DNA of 64,000 nt from contig NC_086108.1 of the NCBI RefSeq assembly GCF_963921235.1, positions 102,240,001-102,304,000 of the forward strand. The letters run 5' to 3'. Positions 12,101 through 24,100 of this stretch are shown one piece after another. Both the position numbers and the translations under genes were made by a program. The notes beneath the pieces are model-generated. The model made no database searches and was not told where the DNA came from. It saw only the letters and a program-made list of their open reading frames with translations. Every line of letters begins with the position of its first letter. The stretch's first letter is position 1. The DNA comes from Mobula hypostoma (lineage: Eukaryota).

Positions 12101-15100
12101 AGTTTTTTTTTCCAGTCATTCTCGCTGCAGTGCACCAATGAACATCCAGTGAGATGGGGAACTTCTTAACCTACAAAACCTCAGTAGGCAATCTGCAGTA
12201 CACAGATGACACTTGAGTTTTCATACACTTAATGGTGTATGTAATCTTAGCTTAAGTTGAAAGGTACAACAACATTGTGAGTAAAGCATTCAGACACAAA
12301 CTTGAAATACCATAAGACCATAAGAAATGGGAGCAGAATTCGGCCATTTTGCCCATTCAGTCTGCTCTGCCATTTCATCATGGCTAATCCATTTTCCCAC
12401 TAAGCCCCAATCTCCTTCCTTCTCCCCATATCCATGAGAAGGCCTTGGCGAGTAGGGTAAAGGAAAACCCCAAGGCATTCTTCAATTATGTGAAGAACAA
12501 AAGGATGACAGGAGTGAAGGTAGGACCGATTAGAGATAAAGATGGGAAGATGTGCCTGGAGGCTGTGGAAGTGAGCGAGGTCCTCAATGAATACTTCTCT
12601 TCGGTATTCACCAATGAGAGGGAACTTGATGACCTTGAAGACAATATGAGTGAGGTCAATGTTCTGGAGCATGTTGATATTAAGGGAGAGGAAGTATTGG
12701 AGTTGTTAAAATACATTAGGGCGGATAAGTCCCCGGGGCCTGACGGAATATTCCCCAGGCTGCTCCACGAGGCAAGGGAAGAGATTGCTGAGCCTCTGGC
12801 TAGGATCTTTATGTCCTCGTTGTCCACGGGAATGGTACCAGAGGATTGGAGGGAGGCGAATGTCGTCCCCTTGTTCAAAAAAGGTAGTACGGATAATCTG
12901 GGTAATTATAGACCAGTGAGCCTTACGTCTGTGATGGGAAAGCTGTTGGAAAAGATTCTTAGAGATAGAATCTCTGGGCATTTAGAGAATCATGGTCTGA
13001 TCAGGGACAGTCAGCATGGCTTTGTGAAGGGCAGATCATGTCTAACAAGCCTGATAGAGTTCTTTGAGGAGGTGACCAGGCATATAGATGAGGGTAGTGC
13101 AGTGGATGTGATCTATATGGATTTTAGTAAGGCATTTGACAAGGTTCCACATGGTAGGCTTATTCAGAAAGTCAGAAGGCATGGGATCCAGGGAAGTTTG
13201 GCCACGTGGATTCAGAATTGGCTTGCCTTCAGAAGGCAGAGGGTGGTGGTGGAGGGAGTACATTCGGATTGGAGGGTTGTGACTAGTGGTGTCCCCCAAG
13301 GATCTGTTCTGGGACCTCTACTTTTCGTGATTTTTATTAACGACCTGGATGTGAGGGTAGAAGGGTGGGTTGGCAAGTTTGCAGATGACACAAAGGTTAG
13401 TGGTGTTGTAGATAGTGTAGAGGATTGTCAAAGATTGCAGAGAGACATTGATAGGATGCAGAAGTGGGCTGAGAAGTGGCAGATGGAGTTCAACCCGGAG
13501 AAGTGTGAGGTGGTACACTTTGTAAGGACAAACTCCAAGGCAGAGTACAAAGTAAATGGCAGGGTACTTGGTAGTGTGGAGGAGCAGTGGGATCTGGGGG
13601 TACGTGTCCACAGATCCCTGAAAGTTGCGTCAAAGGTAGATAGGGTAGTTAAGAAAGCTTATGGGGTGTTAGCTTTTCATAAGTCGAAGGATATAGTTTA
13701 AGAGTCCCGAGGTAATGATGCAGCTCTATAAAACTCTGTTTAGACCACGCTTGGAGTATTGTGTCCAGTTCTGGTTGCCTCACTGTAAGAAGGATGTGGA
13801 AGCATTGGAAAGGGTACCAGGATGCTGCCTGATTTAGAGAGTATGAATTATGATCAGAGATTAAGGGAGCTAGGGCTTTACTCTTTGGAGAGGAGGAGTA
13901 TGAGAGGAGACATGATACAGGTGTACAAGATATTAAGAGGAATAGATAGAGTGGACAGCCAGTGCCTCTTCCCCAGGGCACCACTGCTCAATACAGGAGG
14001 ACTAGGCTTTAAGGAAAGGGGTGGGAAGTTCAAGGGGGATATTAAAGGAAGTTTTTTTTCCACTCAGAGAGTGGTTGGTGTGTGGAATGCACTGCCTGAG
14101 TCAGTGGTGGAGGCAGATACACTAGTGAAATTTAAGAGACTACTAGACAGGTATACGGAGGAATTTAAGGTGGGGGGTTATATGGGAGGCAGGGTCTGAG
14201 GGTCAGCACAACATTGTGGGCCGAAGGGCCTGTACTGTGTTGTATTATTCTATGTCTATGTCTATATCCCTTCATGTCCTGACCAATCAAGAATCTATCA
14301 ACCTCTGCCTTAAATAGACCAAATGACTTGAGCTCCACAGCCACCTTTGGCAAAGGATTCCACAGATTCACCATTCTGGCTGAATAAATTCCTCCTTATC
14401 CGCCATTCAAAAAGGACTCCGCTCTACTCTAAGGCTGACCCCACCAGTCTTAGACTCCCCCACCTTAAGAAACATCTCTCCACATCCACTCTATCAAGGC
14501 CTTTCAACATTCAGTAGGTTTCAATGAGGTCACCCCTCATGCTTCTGAATTCCAGAGAGTAGAGGCCCAGAGACATCAAATTCTCCTCATAGGATAAGCC
14601 CTTCAATCCCTGAATCATTTCCATGCAAACAACAGGATTTCTGCAGATGCTGGAAATTCAAGCAACATACATCAAAGTTGCTGGTGAACGCAGCAGGCCA
14701 GGCAGCATCTATAGGAAGAGGCGCAGTCGACGTTTCAGGCCGAGACCCTTCGTCAGGACTAACTGAAGGAAGAGTGAGTAAGGGATTTGAAAGCTGGAGG
14801 GGGAGGGGGAGATGCAAAATGATAGGAGAAGACAGGAGGGGGAGGGATGGAGCCGAGAGCTGGACAGGTGATAGGCAGAAGAGGATACGAGAGGATCATG
14901 GGACAGGAGGTCCGGGAAGAAAGACGGGGGGGGGGTTGACCCAGAGGATGGGCAAGAGGTATATTCAGAGGGACAGAGGGAGAAAAAGGAGAGTGAGAGA
15001 AAGAATGTGTGCATAAAAAAGAGTAACAGATGGGGTACGAGGGGGAGGTGGGGCCTAGCGGAAGTTAGAGAAGTCAATGTTCATGCCATCAGGTTGGAGG

Positions 15101-18100
15101 CTACCCATACGGAATATAAGGTGTTGTTCCTCCAACCTGAGTGTGGCTTCATCTTTACAGTAGAGGAGGCCGTGGATAGACATGTCAGAATGGGAATGGG
15201 ATGTGGAATTAAAATGTGTGGCCACTGGGAGATCCTGCTTTCTCTGGCGGACAGAGCGTAGATGTTCAGCAAAGCGGTCTCCCAGTCTGCGTCGGGTCTC
15301 ACCAATATATAAAAGGCCACATCGGGAGCACCGGACGCAGTATATCACCCCAGTCGACTCACAGGTGAAGTGATGCCTCACCTGGAAGGACTGTTTGGGG
15401 CCCTGAATGGTGGTAAGGGAGGAAGTGTAAGGGCATGTGTAGCACTTGTTCCGCTTACACGGATAAGTGCCAGGAGGGAGATCAGTGGGGAGGGATGGGG
15501 GGGACGAATGGACAAGGGAGTTGTGTAGGGAGCGATCCCTGCGGAATGCAGAGAGAGGGGGGAGGGAAAGATATGCTTAGTGGTGGGATCCCGTTGGAGG
15601 TGGCGGAAGTTACGGAGAATAATATGTTGGATCCGGAGGCTGGTGGGGTGGTAGGTGAGGACCAGGGGAACCCTATTCCTAGTGGGGTGGTGGGAGGATG
15701 GAGTGAGAGCAGATGTACGTGAAATGGGGGAGATGCGTTTAAGAGCAGAGTTGATAGTGGAGGAAGGGAAGCCCCTTTCTTTAAAAAATGAAGACATCTC
15801 CCTCGTCCTAGAATGAAAAGCCTCATCCTGAGAGCAGATGCGGCGGAGACGGAGGAATTGCGAGAAGGGGATGGCGTTTTTGCAAGAGACAGGGTGAGAA
15901 GAGGAATAGTCCAGATAGCTGTGAGAGTCAGTAGGCTTATAGTAGACATCAGTGGATAAGCTGTCTCCAGAGACAGAGACAGAAAGATCTAGAAAGGGAG
16001 GGAGGTGTCGGAAATGGACCAGGTAAACTTGAGGGCAGGGTGAAAGTTGGAGGCAAAGTTAATAAAGTCAACGAGTTCTGCATGCGTGCAGGAAGCAGCG
16101 CCAATGCAGTCGTCGATGTAGCGAAGGAAAAGTGGGGGACAGATACCAGAATAGGCATGGAACATAGATTGTTCCACAAACCCAACAAAAAGGCAGGCAT
16201 AGCTAGGACACATACGGGTGCCCATAGCTACACCTTTAGTTTGGAGGAAATGGGAGGAGCAAAAGGAGAAATTATTAAGAGTAAGGACTAATTCTGCTAG
16301 ACGGAGCAGAGTGGTGGTAGAGGGGAACTGATTAGGTCTGGAATCCAAAAAGAAGCGTAGAGCTTTGAGACCTTCCTGATGGGGGATGGAAGTATATAGG
16401 GACTGGACATCCAAGGTGAAAATAAAGCGGTGGGGGCCAGGGAACTTAAAATCATCGAAAAGTTTAAGAGCGTGAGAAGCGTCACGAACATAGGTCGGAA
16501 GGGATTGAACAAGGGGTGATAAAACAGTGTCGAGGTATGCAGAAACGAGTTCGGTGGGGCAGGAGCAAGCTGAGACAATAGGTCGGCCAGGACAGGCAGG
16601 TTTGTGGATCTTGGGTAGCAGGTAGAAACGGGAAGTGCGGGGTGTGGGAACTATAAGGTTGGTAGCAGTGGATGGGAGATCCCCTGAGCGGATAAAGTCG
16701 TTGATAGTGTGGGAGACAATGGCCTGGTGCTCCTTAGTGGGGTCACGATCGAGGGGTAAATAAGAGGAGGTATCCGCAAGTTGTCGCTGTGCCTCGGCAA
16801 GGTAGAGGTCAGTACGCCAGACTACAACAGCACCCCCTTTATCAGCGGGTTTAATAATAAAGTTAGGATTAGTGCGGAGGGAGTGGAGAGCAGAGCGTTC
16901 CGAAGGAGTGAGGTTGGAATGGGGACAAGGTGCGGTGAAGTCGAGACGGTTGATGTCCCATCGGCAGTTGGCAATAAAGAGATCCAGAGCAGGCAGAAGA
17001 CCAGAGCAGGGTGTCCATGAAGAAGAGGAGGGTTGAAGACGGGAGAAGGGGTCATCGGTGGGGGTGGAAGAGTCCTTGCCGAAGAAGTAGGCTCGGAGAC
17101 GGAGACGGCGGAAGAAAAGTTCCACATCATGGCGAACACGGAACTCGCTGAGGTGTGGGCGAAGGGAGACAAACGTTCATTTCCATGAACCTCCTTTGAA
17201 CCCTTTTCAATGTCAGCACATGCTTTCTTAGATAAGGGGCCCAAAACTGCTCACATTACTCCAAGTGTGGTTTCACCAGTACTTTATAAAGCCTCAACAT
17301 TACATCTTGGCTTTTATATTCTCGACCTCGTAAAATAAATGCTAACATTGCATGTGACTTCCTCACCACCGACTCAACCTGCAAATTAACCTTCAGAATC
17401 CAGCATGAGGACTCCCAAGTTGCTTTGCATCTCAGATTTTTCAACTTTCTCCCTTTACAGAAAGAAGTCTACACTTTTATTTCTTCTACTGAAGTGCATA
17501 ACCATACACTTCTCAACACTATTCTATCTGCCACTTCTTTCCCATTCTCCTAATCCAAGTCCCTTTTTTAGCCTCTCTGCTTCCTTAAGACTACCTGCCC
17601 CCATTTTTCTTCACACTGTCCACAAAGCTATCAAATCTGTCATCCAAATCATTGATATATAATATCAAAAGCAGCTTGACCCAACACAGACATAGCCCTC
17701 CATTTTTCTATCATCCATGAGTCTATCCAAGATTTTCTTAAATCCCCTTGATGAACCTGCATCTTCTACCAGCCTGGGCAGGTACACACACACACACCAC
17801 TCTCAGTGTAAAGAACTTACCTCTGATATTCCCCTCCTTTTATCTGACATGTTATCTGAGCTGGATACACTGCCTGGAGGCAGATTCTGTAATTATATCA
17901 TTGGAGCACTTCACCAAGTCCAAGTACAACCTGGTCTATTTCAGTACAATAAATCATTCAAAATGAAATGGCAGTGCAGACTTGATGGGCTGAATGAGCT
18001 AATTTTGCTCCTATGCCTTATGGCCTTATGACTCCCTTATCTATCGTTACTTTAAGTTACAGCATTTGAGATGATATTGAGACCCTCAACTCCATGCATT

Positions 18101-21100
18101 GGGAGCACACAGAAGCCTGGTGTAAATGGAAGAAGGAGCAAATCTATGCACAAACCGCCCATCCACTGCTTAATTACGCATCTCCTGTCCTATCTGTGGA
18201 AGAGTCTGGGATTCCTTTTTTTTTAAATTAGCTTTACATCAAAACACACAGTGAAATACATCATTTTTCACATCAACGACCAACACAGTTTGGGGGCAGC
18301 TCAAACTGTTGCAATGCTTCCATTGCCAACATAGCACGCCCACAACTCATTAACCCTAACCATACATCTTTGGAATTTGGGAGGAAGCCAGAGCACCTGG
18401 AGGAAACCTACACAGTCACAATGAGAACGTATAAACTCCTCACAGATAGCAGTGTGAACACTGATGCCAACCACCTTGACAGCGTGCTGTCCTACATGAG
18501 ACTGATCAGTCTCTACATCAACTCCAACATCAGTCACTTATGAATCCACAAAACCAGTGTGGAAGCCGTCCTTAATTCCAAAGTTCTAAAACATGCAGAA
18601 GCTATTTGTGGGAGGAGACCATATGCAAATCTTTCTTTTCTAATGAGCATAGTTTATAGTTCAATTGTACTTCAGGACCTGCTGTATTCTGTCACTTTCT
18701 GAACGGAACGTGAATAATGCTTTGTAATTGCATCCTTCTCTTTCTTTCATATGCACTTACCTGCGCCATCATCCAGAAGATCGATGCTGACAGAACTGCC
18801 GTCTGCCCGGTCCACCGTGGCTATCACATTTGCATAAAGGATGGGTAAGAAACCATGACTGACTTCTGCAAAAATGACCAGAGGTTGTGGCCATGTTGAT
18901 TTATCTTGACTGACGTGTCCGTTGACAGTGACAGGGGGAACTTTCTCATCTGCCGCACGGGATGTCACTGTGATGGTTAAATCCTCAACTGTGGAAGCCT
19001 TATTCTGCATCGCATAGGTCCATTCTCCAGTCTGAAAGAAAAGTTAAGCCATTTTAATTTGAAACAAAGGAGACCAAAAGAAAAAAAAGAAAAAGATAAA
19101 CGCAAAATCCAATAAGAGCCATACCTCTGCTGTGCCAGGAATGGCAAGCCTGCCTGTATGTAAAGAAGAGTCCATCTCGAAGTTTACATCTTTGTAAATC
19201 TTTCCACGAGGGTCTTGTACAAAGACAGATGGTACGGCATTCTTCCATGTGATTACAAAGGAAGTATCATTCCCAATGGTTTTATCAATGTAAACTGTGC
19301 CATTGAACCAACTATTCCTGTTAATGCTCTTTCCAAAACTTTCAACCTGTAAACCAAACAGGAAAAAAATGTAAACTGGTAATGTAGTGCATTTTCAACC
19401 AGTATTGGAAAGTTGTTCTCAGAAACAAACCTGGATTGACTGTTGGCCAAGGTTGCAATTTCCTGATACTAATCCAGTGAAAGCATCAATTAAACTATTT
19501 TCATCCAGATTATCTGTGGCTGAAAAGCTCAAACCACCTGATAATTGAAGAATAAGAAATTGTAGAATTAATATAAAGATCAGTAATCACTAAAAAGGGA
19601 AAACCTTTGCTTAAAATTTAAGTTTTGCAATTTTTTTCACTCCCTTTGCAATTTTTGCTCATTTCTTTCTCAATTTCTGCTAAAGCATTGTTTACACTTA
19701 CATTTACATAATTTATTATATTATAATTTGTCCTTTACTGTGCCTATTGTCTTGTTTATTACTTATTGTACTGTCTTGCACTGTTTTGTGCACTTTATGT
19801 AGTCCCGTGTAGGTCTGAAGTCTAGTGTAGTTTTGTGTTGTTTCATGTAGCACCAGGGTCCTGAACGAACATTGTTTCGTTTTTACTGTGTACTGTACCA
19901 GCAGTTACGGTTGAAATGACAATAAAAGCAACTTGACTTGAATTGAAGTGATACTGTTGAATATAAGACGAATGAGGCAACAATTTGGCCCACAAGCCCC
20001 TCAACCTTTCCTATCATTATCTGCACAAATGTCTTAAATGGTGTTAGTATATCTGCCTCAACCATGTCCTCTGGCAGCTCGTTCCATATACACACCACCT
20101 TCTGTGTGAAGAAGTTGCACCTTTATGTCTCTGTCCTCTCACCTTAAACCTTTACCCTCTAGCATTTGATTCCCTTTTCCTGGGAAAAACAAGACCTGCG
20201 CATTCACTGTATCTTTGCTCCTCATGATTATTTACACCTTTTTAAGGCAGGGCCAGGAATTCATCTGTAACGGGATGAATCCCTGTCTCTGCACTAAAAT
20301 GGACCAAGTTGTACTTGGATTTTGTGAAGTGCATTGATCATATAATCACAAAATCTGCTTCCAGGCAGTGTGTCCAGCTCATGACAACATGTCAGATAAA
20401 ATCATTCATATAAGGGGGATGTCAGAAGTAAGTTCTTTACACCAAGAATGGTGGGTGTTTGGAACACCCTGCCCAGGGTGGTGGTGGAGGTAGTTACATC
20501 AGAGGCACTTAAGAAAATCTTCAATAGGCACACGAACAATAATAAAATGGAGGGCTATGGAGGAAGGAAGGGTTTGATTGTTCTTATAGTAAGTTAAAAG
20601 TTTGACAAAACATCATGGGCCAAAAGGACCAGTACTGTACTGTAATGTTCTATGTTCATTTCTTATCAACAGCTCTTTCCCTGACTACCTTAAATATACA
20701 GAAAGTAACATACAAGATACCGGAGAAACTCAGTGGGTCAGGCAACATTTATGGAGAGAAGTGAACAGTTGGCATTTCACGTACAGACCCTTTATTGGGA
20801 CTGAAAGATAGAAGAAATATCCAGTATGAAGAGGTAAATGCAAAGGGTGTAACAAGAGCTGGCAAGCGATAGGTGGATCCAAGTGGAGAGAGCTGATGGG
20901 CAGACAGAGGAGAGCAGAGTGGAAGTAGTGACATGAGCCAGGAGGTGATAGATGTAGGTGACACAGGTGATGGAATCAAATAGGAGAGAAAGATGGAGTA
21001 CAGAATCTAGGGAGCTGTGGTAGGCAAATGGGAGGGGAACCAGTGGGAGGAGTGAGTGGATGTACTTCCTTTGAAGTTGACACATCATCTAAAACTGTGA

Positions 21101-24100
21101 CAAACTTGTATAGATGCATGGTGGAGAGTGTCCTGCCTGGTTGCATCATGGCCTGGAATGGAAACATCAATCCCCTTCAATGGAAAAGCTTACAAGAAGT
21201 AGTGGACACAGCCCAGTCTATTATATGTTTCAAAGGTACATTTAATGTCAGAGAAATGTATACAATATACATCCTGAAATGCTTTTTCTTCGCAACCATC
21301 CCTGAAAACAGAGGAGTGCCCCAAAGAATGAACGACAGTTAAATGTTAGAACTCCAAAGTACCCCCCAGCTCCCCTCCCTCCCGCATGTAAGCAGCAGCA
21401 AGCAACAATCCCTCCTCCCCCTACCGGCAAAAAAAAGCATCAGCACCCACCGCCGAGTACTCAAGAGTGAGCAAAGCATCAGCAAAGACACAGACTTGCA
21501 AGGACTACATTATCCACCTGGTAATTCAACATACCACAGGCTCTCTCTCTCTCTCCCCCCCCCCCCCCAATAAGGGAGAAACAGATGTCTCCATTTCGCA
21601 GCAAGCCCTCACAACCATTGAGCACATCCACAAGGAGTGCTGATGCAGGAAAGCAGCATCCATCATCAAAGACCCCCACCATCCAGGCCATGCTCTCTTC
21701 TCTCTGCTGCCAGCAGATAGGAAACACAGGAGTCTCAGGTCCCAGGCCACCAGGTTTAGGAACAGTTATTTACCCCTCAACCATCAGGCTCATGAACCAG
21801 AGGAGATAACTTCACTCACTCCAACACTGGACTGATTCCAAAACCTAAGGACTCAACAACTTGTGTTCTCAATATTGATTGCTTATTCATTTATTATTAT
21901 TTTGTTTCTCTTTTCTTTTTTTTTATTTTGCACAATTTGTTGTCTTTTGCACATTCATTGTTTGTCAGGCTTTGTTGTGTGCATTTTTTCATTGATTCTA
22001 TATATTTACTGTGAATGCCCACAAGTAAATGAATCTCAGGGTAATATAGGATAGCATATATAACAGGACAAACCAAAGGCTGACACTGACAGAACCACAA
22101 AATGTTATAATTATGTGGTTCTGTCAGTGTCAGTCTTTGGTTTGTCCTGTTTTTCTGTGATATCACTCTGGAGGAACATTGTATCATTTCTTAATGCATG
22201 TATGCATTTCTAAATGACAATAAGAGAGGACTGAGTGTTCTCATAATCTAATCTAATATATGTACTTCCACTGTGAATTTTCTTTGAACTTTGAGGTAGT
22301 GTAGGTGGAGGGCGGGAAATAAATATGGTGATAAAGGACTGGGGTGAGTGCAGCAAGAACGAGGTAGGACAGGAGGAGGAAGAAAAGGGAGACAAGGGGA
22401 GTTTACTGAAAGTTAGAAAATTCAATGTTCATGGCAATGTATTGCGTGTGGACTATTCAGGTGGAATACGGGATCCTATCCCTCTAGGTCGTGTTTGGTC
22501 TTACCCTGTTACAGGAGGAGGTGAGGACTCACATGTCAGTGTGAAAATGAAGAGGAGAATTAATAGAGGAACATCATTTGCCAGCCCTTACACCACCCCT
22601 TCCCATCATATTTTACAGGGCATCTCCCCTCTGCTCCCTCAGTCCAGATGAAGTCTTCTTCTGAAACGTTATCTGCCCATTTCCCTCAATAGATGCTACT
22701 TGACCTGTTGAGTTACTCCAGCATCGAGTGTGATGGCAGCACCAGCAGTCTCTTGCAGCTCAACCTTATGTGCACACATGTAATTAGAGGAAACTATAGG
22801 GGAACGTTAGAGGCAAGTCCTTTACACAGGGAGTGATGGGTGCAGGAAACACCCCTCCAGGGGTAGTGGCAGAGGCAGAAACATTAAGAGTATTTAAGAA
22901 ACTCTTAGATAGGAGCATGTCTGATAGAAAAAATGCAGGGCTGTGTGGAAGGGAATGGTTACATTGATCTTAGAGTAAATTAAAACATCAGTAAAACATC
23001 ATGGACAAAAATGCCAATACTGTGCTGCACTGTTCTATGTTCTAAGACATGTTGATTGAATAATCTTGCACACCATAAACTTATGTGGGCCTAAATGGTA
23101 CTCAGGCTCAGTTCCAAACTCACTTAAAACATTGACCCGATATCAACCTGCCCAGTCAGATGTCATTATCAATCCATTTAACTGTGTATTCCTTGCCTGT
23201 CATAATGGATAGTTGCTCCAGTTCCACAGCTGCATTTGGACCTAATGCAATGGTGTGGATAATAGTTCCACTTTGTTCCACATCTCCAAAGCAACTGCTT
23301 ATAGTAGAGTCCTCCCCAGCAACAAACACAACCAGTTCATCACCATTTGTGGCACCATCGTCTCCACGAAGTACCTGAACAACAATCAGTTCTCATCAAC
23401 AGGGGGAAATAAATAACAATCATAAAAAATAATTCTTGAAAATTGCATCGTACTTACCTGAAAACCAGACCGAATCCCACTACAGATATTTATTCCACCA
23501 CCTGCTGATGTAGGCAGAAAGTTTATAAGCTCCTTTCTCACATCATCATTTTCAATTCGTCTCAGATGCGTTCTAATAATTGCAGTGCTGTCAAAAGTAA
23601 CGATGCCAACCTGGGATCCTAATTCAATGATCTGCATCAGGAATATCGAAGCTGCCTGTCTGAGCCTGGGAATTCGGTTTGCCTATTTTCATAAAGAAGA
23701 TAAACTGGATTAGAAATTCATCTCCATGCTTTAATGCTATGTATCTCAGGGACTAATCAAATGAGCCTTTCAATATCATTTCAATAAAGTTCTATGAATT
23801 CCATCGTGGATCTAAGTGTAAGTAAAGTGGAGAAGAGAAGGTGGTTAAAAATTACCATTGGTAAAAAAAGAAATCAAATCATTAAAAAGAAGTGACTTAG
23901 GGTCAGAATGTGTTGAATCATTGTGGGTAGAGCTAAGGAACTTCAAGGGTACAAAGACCCTGATGGAGTTATATACAGACCCCCAGACAGTAGTAAAGAT
24001 GTAGTCGATGAATTACAACGTGAGATAGAAAATCTGTGCCAAAAGGGCAATGTTACAATAGTCATTTGGGACTTCAATATGCAGATAGGTTGGGAAAAAC

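Larger units (their letters stand above)
12309..17670 (-). mobile_element. Older CR1 3' region, split by two nested insertions (pieces 12309-12433, 14264-14625, 17177-17670)
   Basis: The pieces rejoin into sequence colinear with the CR1 copy at about 32053-33285. Confidence 0.85.
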
